Made by a program: the position numbers and the translations under genes. The notes beneath the pieces were generated by a model, which saw only the letters and a list, made by a program, of their open reading frames with translations, was not told the origin of the DNA and searched no databases. A stretch of DNA of 64,000 nt from Sphagnum compactum (taxonomy: Eukaryota): positions 35,764,213-35,828,212 of the forward strand of contig OZ234493.1 in the NCBI GenBank assembly GCA_965153455.1, read 5' to 3'. Shown here piece after piece: positions 1-13,619 of this stretch (within the stretch, counting starts at the first letter, position 1; every line of letters begins with the position of its first letter).

Positions 1-664
1 GTGTTGGTTCTAATGATGTAGCTTAGTTAATATAATATATTTTTGTTGTGAATTTGAGTGTGCCTTCACACTAAATTGATGAATCCAAATCAATTAGTAG
101 GCAAATGATGGTTAATGTGCATGAAGAAGAAATGATAATATAATTTTCATTTTAATTTATACATTTAATAGACCTTTTTGTGATGCATCATAGGATTTTT
201 TTCCACTTATGTGGAATTTTTTTAAAAGTAGAATGTGAGCATTTGGGTTGAATCTTTCAACCTCATACTTGTGGTGTTCCTTCTTATAAGTTATGATGAA
301 ATTTATAGGAATAAAACCAACCCCAACCTCACCTTTTATTGTTGCATTATAATTTCACATTTGCATTCCTAAAACTCAAAACATGCATTTAATTAATTTT
401 GAACTTAATTCAACATTGTGAATGCAAGGAGGGTCACTTGGTGGTCACTGGATTTAAACAATTTTGAATAAAAATTGCAAATTTTTTGTCATTTTTTTTA
501 TTTCCTCTAATTTTATGTGCTACATTTAGGTAAGCTTAAGAACTTGAGGTGTATATGTTAATGCCAACAACAATATAATCACATATATAACCCTCAATAT
601 ACAATGTTGGTTTAATATAAATATTCAAAATTTGCAAAATGAAACCAAATATAGAATGAATGAC

Positions 665-1250
665 CTAAAACTTGCAACCTTAAAATATGGACATTTGAAA
701 GCAATTTTCATATGTTTGATGGATTACTTGGTGGCCACTTGGTAGAAGGCTACAATTCATCAAAACATTAAGAGATAACACAATGTGGACTTAATAAAGA
801 AGAGCACTAAAACTTACAACCTTAAAATTTAGACATTTGAAAGCAATTTTCATACATTTGATGGGATTATTTAGTGGCCACTTGGTGGAAGGCTGCAATT
901 TATTAAAACATTAATTAAAAGATAACACAATGTGCATTTAGTAAAAAGAGAGGACCAAAACTTGTAACTTCAAATTTTGGACATTTGAAAACACTTTTCA
1001 CATGTTTGATGGGATTACCTAGTGGCCACTTTGTAAAACTTTTAAAAACTTCAATTCATCAAAACATTAAAAGATAACACATTGTGGAATGAGTAAAAGA
1101 AGAGGACTAAAACTTGCAACCTTAAAATATAAACATTTGAAAGCAATTTTCATACATTTGATGGGATTACCTGGTGGCCACTTGGTAGAAGGCTGCAATT
1201 TATTAAAACATTAAAAGATAATGCAATCTAGACTTAGTAAAAAGAGAGGA
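665..1250. repeat. Tandem repeat, ~4 x 143-153 bp, each unit containing the (T)GGTGGCCAC palindrome core
   Basis: Recurring aaaacttgcaaccttaaaat..gacatttgaaagcaattttcata..tttgatgggattac.tggtggccacttggtagaaggct.caatt unit. Confidence 0.9.
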
Positions 1251-1577
1251 CAACAAAGGCTGGTGTACACCAGGTCATAGTTATATATGAAATAAAATAA
1301 AATAGAATAATGAAAGACTATAAATTGGATTATTATCACATGACATAGATCCATGTTCATTTGAAATGTCAACATACTAAAAAAACATGAACAAATTCCA
1401 ATAACAACAATACTTTTTTTTGAATTAACCAATAATCAAATTATATTTAAAAAATGAATGAGTAAAGATCAAAATAATAATCACACACTAATAGTCTCAT
1501 TAATTACATCAAGGTTTAGTTTGGCCTTAGTTGCATGAATAACACTAATCATTATAATGCTATTGATTGTGACATTA

Positions 1578-3435
1578 CTTTTTTTGCCCCCATGTTCAAT
1601 TTGACCAAAGTGCCATTTTGGATAAGTCAATTTGGACTCAACCATTTTGACTTTGTTTTTTTGGTTGATCTTTCTAATTGGGTTCTTTTGACTAAGTTTT
1701 TTTTCACTAAACCATCATGACAATAATATAAATTGGGCAACAACCATAAATATATATTATTTAAATTATCTTATTTAATATTAATATGAAAATATTTATT
1801 AATTAATTAATTACCCTACCTACCCTATTCTACCTTACCTTAACCTACCTACCTACTTAATAAACCTAATAATTAATGCCAAAATAATTTATTTATTTAC
1901 CTACCAACCTTATGTCCTAGGCCTAGGTTAGGCCACCTAGGCTAGGCCAAGCCACTTAGGTTAGGCCAAGCCCCCTAGGCTAAGTCAAGTAGCCTAGGCT
2001 AGGTGGTTTAGTAAGTTTTGCAACCTAGGCTAACTAATTAGGTCACTTAAGTAGCCAAGGTAGGTTCAATTGCAAGTGTGAAGATTTGAACTCCTCACCT
2101 CCACATTGAGGAGTCAAGTCTTTAACCATTACAAGACCACCCCATAAGGTGATTTTTTTTGGACAACATATTATAATAAACATGATTTTGAACTAACATA
2201 TTATAATCAACATTCATGAATTATTTTTTCAACATATTGCACTAAATGAACTTGAATTTTTTTACATTATTTACATAAATGACTAAGTTATAAGTAGGTT
2301 ATCCTAAGTAGGTGAGAGGTACCTATTAATAAATGCATGTATTGGGTAACATGTAGATTCTATTAAGCCTTATAGGTACCTACTAAATCTATGTTTATAC
2401 CTACGCCTATGCTATTTAGTAAGATATGTAAGTACCTACTAGCCTATAATTAATAAATCTAGCCTAGGCATACTAGGTAGGTAGCCTAGTTTATTAAGTA
2501 GGTCTAGGGTTAAGCTACCTCTTTAATACTAAGCTAGGTTACCTACTTAGTAGCCTAGGTGGCTTAGCTTAGGTTAGTTATGTATACCTACATAATAGGC
2601 CTAAGTGGCCTAAGTAGCTTAGATTAGGCTACGTACATACCTAGTAGGCCTAGGTTAGCCTAACTTAGGCTACCTAAGCTATGTACCTACCTAGGTAGCC
2701 TAGGCTAGGCTAGGTACCTATTTAGTAGGCCTAGGTTAGTTTAACTTAGGTTACGTACCTACCTAAATACCCTAGGTTAGGTTACATACCTACATAGATA
2801 ACCTAGGTTAGGCTACATCCTAACCTAGTAGGCCTAGGTTAAGCTACATACCATGTAAGCCTAGGTGGCCTAAGCTAGGTTACGTACCTAGTAAGTTTAA
2901 GTGGCCTAGGTTAAGCTATTTACCTTGTAGGCCTAAGTGGCCTACTCTATGTACGTAGCTACCAAGGAGACTTTAATACTTAAATTAAAGTTAGGCTACT
3001 TTAGGTTATTACTTAACAAATAATCTACTAGCCTATTAATTATGCTAAGCTAGATAGGTAGTTTAAAGGCCTAGCCTAACCTATTAACTATGTTAGGTTA
3101 GGTAGGGAGCCTAGGCTTAACATGTAGGCTAAATCATCAAATGATTATGGTTCATTTGATTAAGTGTCAAATCATAATGGTTAATTTGATTAAACCCTAT
3201 CCATTCAATATGGCCAATTTGATTAAGCCATGGCCATCTTGATGCACATTTGTGCAATTTGACCAAATCTTTGGTTTGACATTTGGTCAAAAAGGTCACT
3301 TTAGTCAAATGTACTAATCAAATGTAACATGTGTTTTCCATGCCCCAAACCTTTAGTCAAAATGGACATACCCTTGTGTCAATGTGGACACTTTGGTTAA
3401 GTTGGCCTTTTGAAAAGTTATGTTTTCTCATAGTG
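1578..3435. mobile_element. Non-autonomous CACTA-like element, copy 1 (left end missing)
   Basis: Colinear homology with 18060-19640. The right end ttttctcatagtg reads CACTATGAGAAAAC in reverse complement, resembling the left TIR of copy 2. Interior is CCTAGG/TAGGC low-complexity sequence. Confidence 0.7.
2071..2143 (-). pseudogene. tRNA-like module inside CACTA copy 1
   Basis: 73 nt: GGGGTGGTCTTGTAATGGTTAAAGACTTGACTCCTCAATGTGGAGGTGAGGAGTTCAAATCTTCACACTTGCA; T-arm GGAG-TTCAAAT-CTTC. Confidence 0.55.
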
Positions 3436-3959
3436 AAAGTAGATAAAAATACATTTGAAACCAACAGAAAAATATGTGTTGAAACCTATTTTTTGGTTTA
3501 AAATTTTAATGAAATTGATATGTAATAAGTTAGGAAATGAAAATCAACATATGTTTTACCAGTCATTAAAAAAAATTTATTTCCTTTTTGTAAGAACCCA
3601 TTTGACACCCTTTTGAAACTAAAAGCCCATAGTGAAAAATAGATGTCAAAAGCTACTTGTATTTTGAAAAACCTACTTAAAACCTACTTTTGCAGTTTGA
3701 AATATGAAATCAATGCACATTAGGGTAAACATATATCATACTTAATCATTGAAATGAAAACATTCAATGTTCCACAATTTTATAATGGGTTTTGTTGTTA
3801 TTTTAAATCTACTTGTTCCAGTTTTAACAAGGTAATCAAGTTGTTCACTTTATTTTACTTAAACTCATTTCCATTTGCTCACCAACAATCCTAATACAAG
3901 TTTCTATCATTCTTTACTTTTTTTTTCACAAACACCCACCATTGAATATGAAGATGTCT

Positions 3960-6860
3960 AAAATTTTTAGAATGTTCATCCTTTTGAGAATGTAAGCGGA
4001 TGTTTTCAAGGAAGGTCACATGTTTTTAAAATCACAATATGGAACAATAACGAAGTTTTTAGGATCAACATCAACAATGGGAGGAATGGCACCTCGCACA
4101 TGATTAGACCTCCAATTGCTACAAGCCAAAAACCTTCCAAAAGGGCTGAATTTTGAATGGGCAAAGGATTTGACAACAATTCAAAGATGTTTTCCCAATA
4201 AGCCACGTAAGGACCAAACTTTCTAACATAGGTTTCATCCTTGCACATCCCCATCTTCCAAAAATCCACATGTTTAGAAAGCTTGTTGATATTTTTTTCC
4301 TTGTTAATGAACTTGGTGGCATCATTCCCCCATATAGGGCAAAAATAAATAGGATTCAAAAGTCCTTGGGGCAATTTAAGATGACCTGAGTCATCCATTT
4401 GGCACAATAAAATGGGAGGTCCATCTTTAAAACTCCAAAGGGCATTAGTAGGGGACACCTTATATTACATAATAGGCCACCCAACAGAATTTTTTTAAAA
4501 AGGAAACAAATGCACATGTCGATATGGCCAACCAAGATTTCAAACCCATATTTCAAGCATCCTTTGACCCAAGTCTTGAAATTCGTGATTTCTTAAATAA
4601 ATTGAAGAATTAAAGACAATCTTGTGAAATCATGAATGCTTTCATTAAGTCAATTAACACATAATTATCTTGTTCCTTCAATTTTTTGGAAAGATATCCA
4701 AAATTGCCATCAATGTTTTCATGGGTGTGGCCAACAACTAAAAACCCTAATTGCATTTCTTCAAACATTTATCTTGTAGTTAGGAGAGATAGGAATGCAA
4801 GCAAGTGACGATTTTTGTTATTTTTCACACAATTGTCCATTTGAAGAAACAACTTCCTAGGCAATGGCTTAGCACAAGTGAAATTCTCCAATACCTTCAA
4901 TGCAGCCAAACAACAAGAACCTCCATGCATCAATCTTTGAAAGAATACATTTTGTGGTTCATGTTCAAAAAGAATCTTGAATTCATTAACATGTTCCTTC
5001 TCCAAGGTTCAAAGTAATCGCAATAAAGACCCAATCATAAAATTTGGATCATTTGGCCAAAATTCGTTGGAGAATTGAGCAAAAGCCTTGAATCTCCATG
5101 ACCATGAACAATCATACTAATCAAAGTGATGAGAAGCTGACCCAAATTGGAAACCATTTTGTTTTTCACATTAAGTCTAGGAAGAACAATTTTGGAGTGG
5201 TCCATCTTGTCATGGATGATATAAAAATACTCTTTTATGGACTAGATTGATTCAGATCTCCAAGTGTGATAAAACAGTCTACATGACTTTCAATGAATGT
5301 TGTGTTTCTGAAATTTCATTTCATATTTTTTCACACCCACACTATTCTTGCCAACTTTGGATGTCAAATCCTTCAATGATTTACAAATAACACACTTGGC
5401 CAAGTTGGAACCATGTTTCCTCACATCAACATTTAAGTGATATTTCTTCCTCAAACAACTCATCGTAGATTAAAGGATTCTTCCAATTCCTAGCTCCTTA
5501 CAATCTACAATCCACAAAAACCAACAACATTGTTAACCAAATCGATTTGGGACTGTATAAATGAAGTTTTAGCATAAATAGGATTGAGGATTGCCTTGTG
5601 CACCTCATCACTTCATTCACGAACACTTTTCCATGTCTTTGGAATCACAAGTTGAACATCCTACCAACCATCCCCAATGCCTTTCATTTGACGGGGCATA
5701 ACATTCGCACACCTTGTTATGAGAGCTTCGACATTCAACACCACTTGCTTAGCAACATGACATTGTTTTTTGGTCCCTTTGTTTCCATGTAATAGGAATT
5801 TGTAGTCACATCGACTTTCTCGCTTGTACAACATATATGTTGATCTTGCCAAACCCACAACTTTGTACCAAGCTTTTTCACAAACCTTGACACCTTGAAT
5901 AATGATGAATTTTCATTTCCTGACATCAACTCTCGAATGTAATCATCGTGGGATGTCCAAACCATTTAAGCTTTCCAATCTTCATAAGACATCTCCCAAA
6001 ATTCTTCTCTCGTCAATGTAGTTTTTTCGCATGAAAAGTATTGACAACAATTCAAGGAACAAAAAACAATAGTTCCAATAGTGCGAATGGATTCTTTAGA
6101 CAATAGTTTGTCGACCCTTGACACAAGAACATCAGCATCCAAGGCCTTTTTCTTTCTCTTGTGAAAGGTAAATTTTTTTCTTCACACCAATTGCTCCCTC
6201 TACATTTACATCAAATATATCATCGTATGATTTCAAGAGAGCTTTCAAAGAATGCCCATGAAAAATTGTCTGTGATAGTGGCCACCCCCAAATACTCATG
6301 ACTGCTTATATGTCATCAAGGTAATACAAGATGATAATTCCACCCATTATCTTCAGCCAAATCATCATCAAGCAGTGCCTCTTTTGGGTCATATGCAATT
6401 ATTTGACCTTTAGCAACGAAAGCACCTTTGACCTCACTAACATCACATTATGTTCCTCTCCAACCGTAATGTTCCAATGAAGGAACATTTGGGTGGTCGT
6501 CATGACCATTTTTTCCAAGAGTACACAGGTTGGCCACTGGAGCACTATTGTGGCCATCGGAGCTATCATCACTATTATGGGAAACATTATTGGGTGTTGT
6601 GTTACCTTCATCTGATTTGGTGAATATTGGTTCATCTTCAATGGAGGATGTTGGGGCATGTTTCTAAACAAGAGATAAAACTCTCTTCATTCCCAAATTG
6701 TTGAATCCTTCCATGTGGCTTGAATTCATGCAACCCCATTCCACAAAATTTAGTGATGTCGATGTTATTCCAACCTTCAAAAACACGTCCTTTACAAGCC
6801 AAAAATAATTGACGCCTAGCAATTCCCCATGACATCTTGCTCTTGGACTTGGGCAAAATA
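3960..6860 (-). pseudogene. Decayed DNA-transposon transposase (DDD type, Sola-like)
   Basis: Minus-strand translation across stops and frameshifts gives: GSNLAKCVICKSLKD (CxxC, ~5400), IIHDKMDHSKIVLPRL (~5200), LFLQMDNCVKNNKNRHLLAFL (~4830), MFEEMQLGFLVVGHTHENIDGNFGYLSKKL (~4730). The D..D..GHTHExID layout is that of DDD transposases. The Sola assignment is inference. Confidence 0.75.
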
Positions 6861-8969
6861 GATTTTTGCCATGGATTTAAACACCACCAATGGTGAAACG
6901 ATAATACAATATTCTAGTCTAGATGCCCCATATATAGGAGCTAGCGTGGGATTCCTACAACGCCCACAACTAATCTACAATTTTTCCACTTGAAACGCAG
7001 TATCCCATAGATTAACATTGTCTCGAATAGCCAAGTCCCCAGCCATTAATCAATTAATGAATCTGATTGCATTGATATCGATAAAAAATATGATAGTTAT
7101 CTGCACTTGAACCAAGGAAAAACCTACTCAATGACCATAGATCATTCCATTTCTCAACGCGTATTCCATTTCAAATATTACAATTGAAAATTATATTATT
7201 TGAATACCAAAATGAATTTTTTTAAGCTCACATAATTGTTTACTTTCTCAAATATGCAAGAAACATGACTATGCAAAGTGTTGTTATATATATCGACATT
7301 CAGAATTCACCTAGTGGCCATCAGGTGGTTTAGTGAATTACCATGATGTTGCAAAAAAACCTACAAGCCACTAGGCAATGTCTTAAAGTATAGACCAAGT
7401 TTAAAAGTCCACCTAGTGGTGACCAATTGGTCTATTAGACTTCAACTATAGTTCAAAAGAACGTAGAATTCAACACTTCGTTCTACGCCAACCACAAAAT
7501 GTTAACCTAGTCACCATATCTATTAGAACGTTGTCAAATGTCATTGGTGAATAGTAGACATCCTTGTGGCCACACAAGTAACAAAATGTTAAATAGGCTA
7601 AAAAAATAAATATAGTCTGAACAAATCACACTCATATATTTTTTAAATAATTGGGTGATATTCCACACTACATATAAAATTCACAAAGAAAAATTCCATA
7701 CCCCTCACATATTGAAAATATATATTGATTTGAGATCCTTCAAACCATTAGCCAAAGGAAGGTTTAGTTTGGAAGAAGCGATAGAAAGTTCCAAACCAAG
7801 ATAGACATTACAAAAAAGAAAATTGGTATAGCTAAACCTTCCCTTAAGTGGAGCCCAACAAATTTTATATATCTCTTTATAATGACAAAATAAAGACTTG
7901 AGATTTTAATGGCGTCCCTTCTTTGAAACTTAATTATCTTTACGACTAATCAAAGCGTTGTCTTGTGGCTTTCATATTCAATAATATACTATGGTGCATT
8001 TAGTGGCCATAAGCCAAAATATTGCTTTCATGTTATATAGATTTTGAAACTACATTTAATATATTTGTTATAATACAAATAACATTTTTTGCTCCATTTA
8101 TGGTGTCCTTTGTCCAAAACTCAAAGAATTGAATTTTTCATTGTCATTTTAAATGGGAGCATTAACCCTTGGTTTGAAATAATTCTTTAAAATTATTGAC
8201 ACTCATTGTGTTATAGAGTTGAGAATAGTGATAGACTATGTCATCTTTCAATTGTAGCTTACAAGTGAATAGGGACAACCTAAGTTGAGGGGCTTGATCA
8301 CCTTAGATGGAATAGAAATGCATTGTAATTCTTTTAAGAGATTGATATGAATTCTTTTGAGAAGTCATCAATTTTAGAGCATTTGTCAAGCTTTGGATGG
8401 ATGGCACAATGTGTCATATCTATCCACCATCTGATTCATTCCCCTATTCCATTAAACATAATGTGTACATGTTGATATTATTTATTGGATTCAATTCTTG
8501 GGGACAATATTCTCATGTTTATTTAACAATAAACTTACTAAGACATTTAAATGATACTCATGTATAAAATGGTCACAAACTTGTTAAATCAGGTGCCAAC
8601 TTGGCATAGTTCATCCCATCTACCAGGTTGTTTACAGTCCTAAATTAAGAATTTAATCCTAAATTACACTAGAAGAAATTTTGTCCTTTGCAACCAAAAA
8701 TCTATGACTACAAGTCCTAAATAATTATATGTATGACTTTAGTCATAAACTATTACTTCGGTTTTTATGTGTAAGAAATTATAGTCATACATTAATGGGA
8801 CATGTGACTAGTAGATGATGAGGTGGTAACAAAATGGGGGATGCTAATTTTCATCACTTTTATTTCATCTATATGGCATCCATGACTAATGGCAAAGTGA
8901 CGTGATGTTCAATTGTCATTACAATGATTAAAAAATGGTTATAAATCATTTGATATGAACATAGACAAC

Positions 8970-9555
8970 CCTACCCCCACCCCCCACCTACCTATCACTT
9001 ACCTACCTACCTATTTACCTACCCACCCACCCACCTACCACATACCCACCAACCCACCCATCCACCACCTACCTACCTACTATCCACTTACCGACCCACC
9101 AACCTACCCACCCACCTACCTGCTTATTTACTACCCACTTATCTCCTTACCTACTTACTTACCTACCCACCCACTCACCTACCTACCTACTTCCCATGCA
9201 CCCAACCATCCACCTACCTACCTATTACCCACTTACCCACCCGCCCACCCATCCACTTTCCTATCTACCCTCCTATGCACCCACCCACCTATCTACCTAC
9301 TACCCATTTACCTACCCACCAACCCATCTACCTACCTACCTACCTACCTATTTCCTACCCTTCCACCTACCCACCCACACATGACCCACCTATTTACCTA
9401 CCTACCTAGCCACCCACTCACCCATCCATTTATTTACCTACCCATTCACCACCTACCTATTTTGTCAACCTACCTACTTACCTACCTACTTTTTATTTCC
9501 TATTTCCTATAACCTACCCACTTCCTACCTATCATCCTACCACATTCTACCTATT
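8970..9555. repeat. (CCTA)n/(CCCA)n degenerate microsatellite within the CACTA element
   Basis: Visible low-complexity tract; explains the PTYL-rich ORFs 8955-9512 and 9196-9384. Confidence 0.9.
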
Positions 9556-9621
9556 TCAAGTCTTGTAGTGATATGAAATAAACATGTGAAATAAAAAACT
9601 TGACCAAATTTGGCCACCTTT

Positions 9622-9694
9622 TGATGTTGTAGTCCATTGGTAAGGACTTGGTTTATCATTGTGAAGGTGAAGGGTTCAATTCTTAATACTTGCA
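9622..9694 (+). pseudogene. tRNA-like module (A box/B box) inside the intact CACTA element
   Basis: TGTAGTCCATTGGTAAGGAC gives a D-arm GTCC/GGAC and an A box; GGTTCAATTC is a B box; the module ends ACTTGCA. Acceptor and anticodon stems are decayed. Confidence 0.6.
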
Positions 9695-12469
9695 ACCTAT
9701 GTGCATTGTTAAGGGGCTAAGGTAAGTATGACAGACTAAAGTAGTTACATAGGTAGGTTACATAGGTTACATAAACCAGGTTAAGTTACTACCTACCTAC
9801 TTACCTTTTTCAACCTACCTAAACCTATTACCTACCTACCTATTAAAAATATTTTATGTCTGCCAATCATTTTTAGTCATTCCTTTTGTTTTTGTCTTTC
9901 CACAACACCTCAACATTATATATGGTTTGTTTTGTATGACTTGTTGTTTATGACTATAGGATGAAAAGTGCCACATCAAACATTAAGTGACTACTTGTCC
10001 TTTGCTATTCGTTCGTTACAACTAAGGGCCTTTAGTCATATAATGTCCAGTATGACTACAAATTAGTCATATATGGAGTCATAAATTTAAGAATTTCTTC
10101 TAGTGTTAATTAAATATGTGTTTTAATCACCAAGTTAGAAATTTAATATACTCAACGTCCATAATGAACAATTTATTCCTTAGTATATTAAACATATAAT
10201 GAACATAATATGTAGGCTTATGTTTGAACAACAAACACACAAGTTATTACTATTAACCATTGACTTGAATATTATTATTATGCATAGACAAGTTACTATG
10301 TTTAAATAAGATTCATTTTAGAACAAAAATTGGTTGCAATTCTTTTCCTGACCCTTCAAATATTTAAATTTACATTATCCCACATTGTGCCACTAGGTAC
10401 AAATTCCTAATGTACTAATGGTAACTACTTAGTACTCTTTGTTATCAAAGGATGAAGTTAAATTGGGGGTTAGTTAGATGAATGGTTGGTCATAATTCAC
10501 CAATCACCTATAATTTAACTAGTTGATTTCTAAGAAGGATTAGGATATCAAAGGACCTAATATTGTTATTGGAATGAAATGGGCCTTGTATGGTATTTTG
10601 AGGAAGTGGATATTCGAGATGGGATTGTTTTCTAGGAGACTCTTTTCATGTGAGGAAAGTGGTACATTGTGATATTGGAAAGCAAGGAAGAGAGTATGGA
10701 TGCAAGTTGTACATGTATTCTTGCAATGGAAAAAGGTTGGGAGATTTTCAATGTATTTAATTCATTTTGGACTTTTGAAAAATCTAGAATTAACAAACAT
10801 TGATTATTTGGAGATTGAAAATTTGGAGAGAGACAAGTTTGATTTAGGGGCCACAGTATGATGCAACAATATATATTAATAATGTTTTGACTCACTAGAT
10901 TATCCAAAACATAGATGTTTCTAGTGTAAATTTGTTTCAAATTCAATAGAAAATTTGATCGTAACCACCAAGGCTAAAAAAATAATCCATAATTAATATT
11001 TTAGTCTAGAAAATTTGTTTATCAATGTCGGTGTTTTATTTCAATTATGATAATATGATGGATATAAAGGAAACTTGTGGTGGGAAAAGATGTTGAAAAC
11101 GGTAGGTAGTAGCGAAAAAAAGGGTATGCATGTGTTACAGATGTAAGACAATCGGTGTTGGAGGCATGCAAACCCCACCAATGACCTACATTACTCATCT
11201 CTAGAGGTAGTACTTTAGTAATTACCATATTTGGGTGGGTATCACAATTTTATGATACATGCTAGGTTTGGTTTTCACAAAGTAATTTACAAAAGGGTTT
11301 GGTTCTGCCCCAAAATGTAAAAACAAAATTCTACATTGGGCAAGGGTATCAACATTTTAAAAAAAATTGACATTGGTTTTCACAATGTTGGTTTTCAAAA
11401 ATTTGAAAATAGCCGATTATCCTTTGATGGTTCTCACAAATCGGGTATTGCCTTTTATTTCTAAAAATAAATAATTAATTAAAAATAAAATAAAGATTAA
11501 ATATTTATTGATTTGCTTTCTTTTTTTAATGATAGCTAGCTTTTAGAAAAGATTCAAAATCAAAGGACCTCTGGTTTAAGGTTTTTGAGGGATCTCAAAA
11601 ATAAATTTCAATTTTGGGTTTTTGAAAAAATTCAAAAAACTTGATTAGTTTTATGGAAGAATTGTAAAAGAACCAAAGCTTTGGGGGCTAGGTTCTTTGA
11701 CCTATTCTTTTGGTTTTTTGAGATTTACAGTTATGAGTGAAAACCAATCCTTTGATTTTTTAAAAATTGTTGGTCATGGCTCCATAATACCTAGACCTTA
11801 CCTGCTAGTTCTTTCTTCGAAAAAGAGAGAAGATAGAACAAATGTTTTGTTTTGGCAAATGGTTTTTTACAAAATGGTAAAAATTCAGGGTTGAAAAGGT
11901 TTTAAGTCACGAAACAAAAAGATAATTAAGAATTTTATAATTTGCCAGATTCTATCATAGTTCCAAAACATAGCCAAAAATACAGTTTAATTTTTTTAAT
12001 TAAAATTTTTATTGCCATATTTGGCTAAATATTCACTTCAAATACATCACAAAATTGAAAAGAAAAACATTCACTAAATTAGAAGTTGAAAAAAACCCAA
12101 TAATAATGTTAAACTCTCTAAACATCATTACCATCTTACTTGGCCTACCATCAATAATATATATGAAAATGTTTTTTTTTTAATGTGCACATTTTATTCT
12201 ATTTTGAAAAGGGAATTTTTTTGTTAATATAATGTTATACTAGGAAAAAAATATTTATAAAATAAAATAAAATATTCTTCCTTGTGTTTTAACATGTAAA
12301 AATAATTTTGATTTAACATGATTCATCAATTCAAATTCATCAAAGTTTTATCATTTAATCTTTGCAAGTAATGGAAAGTTTTACTTCTAAAAACATAAAT
12401 ATTGAAAATCCAAATTATTATGGACATAAAATTAACTATCAAATAGAAAGATTAAAATGAAATTGTGGC

Positions 12470-12760
12470 TTCTAAAAATCCTTTATGATTTTATTTGGAC
12501 AATGTTAAATGGACCTAAACCAATTTGATTCGTTAAGGTGAATCATGGTAGGTTCTTCATTATCAAAAAAGAATAATACAAAATTTATACATACCAAAAA
12601 ATGGAATGACTATTTAATGTTTTGATTTGGAAAGTAAACTTACATTTTAAAAATTGAAATGTAAGGTAAAAAGTTTCACATGGGTGATATTGTTCTTTAA
12701 CCACCAAGAAGTCTTTCCACCTTTGCAAAAGGAATTAATCTATGAGTGGCTGTAGAAGGG
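12470..12760. repeat. Dispersed repeat, homologous to 36870-37130
   Basis: Shared ttaaggtgaatcatg.tagg, tatacataccaaaaa.tggaatgacta..taatgttttga, ttacatttta and aaaagg.attaatc.atga.tggc blocks. Confidence 0.75.
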
Positions 12761-13619
12761 TGAAAATGCAATCCCCCAATAAATTTATTGTTCTCATGAA
12801 GGTAATATTGAAATAATCGAATTCAAAATTAATCCTAAATCTTGTAAGAGAACTATTGTTAATCACTTAGTACCCTATTAGCAACTATTCATATATTAAT
12901 ATGCAATAAGTAGTACTAATCCATGTGAAGAAAAATGAAACAAGAAGAATGACACATTGTCCTCCTAGAATATAGTAGTCATAATGTCTAGATTCACCCA
13001 CTTTTCCAACTAATAAAACCCATGTTAAAGGGGTTTCAACAAGAAAGTGAATGAGAGGGGATTGGAAAGTAATTACCAGTGTTGGGCGAGTATCACAAAT
13101 ACACATGGGCATCACCTGGATATCACCCGGGCATGCCAATCTGATTCTTTCAAGGTATCATCATGAGTGATACCTTGACTGAAAATCAAAAAACTACTAG
13201 TTTTCACGTGTGTGAGAACTAATTTTTTTAAAAAAGAGTTGAGAAACAAGTAAGCAAAGAATATAAAATTTGATCTAAATTAATAATCTATCAAAATATT
13301 TGGTCATACAAATTGGAATTTTCAATATTTTATATATATTAAATCACATTTAATGAATTGAAAAGAATAATATAAGATTAAAATTTACTATTCATAATAA
13401 AATTTGATAAATTAATAAGGATGACATTTAAATAATTTTAATACTATGTATAAAATTTTCAAATGTTGAAAATAATATCACATATTTCATAGATAACATA
13501 TTTTATTTAAAAATATTTTTTATAATTACAAATAAATATAACACATGGTAATAAGTACAACATTTTTATCATTTTTATTTATTCATTATATTTTTAAAAG
13601 GTGGAAAAAATAATATATA

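Larger units (their letters stand above)
8667..10105. mobile_element. Intact non-autonomous CACTA (En/Spm) element, 1439 bp
   Basis: 14-bp TIRs CACTAGAAGAAATT (8667-8680) / AATTTCTTCTAGTG (10092-10105). 3-bp TSD TTA on both sides (8664-8666, 10106-10108). Subterminal TATGACTA/TAGTCATA repeats at both ends. No transposase ORF. Confidence 0.92.

Noticed and set aside
2071-2143. Functional tRNA genes (all four modules)
   Set aside because: Acceptor and anticodon stems do not pair; anticodon positions differ among copies.
8955-9512. 185-aa Pro/Thr/Tyr-rich ORF resembling an extensin
   Set aside because: Translation of a (CCTA/CCCA)n tract inside a CACTA element.
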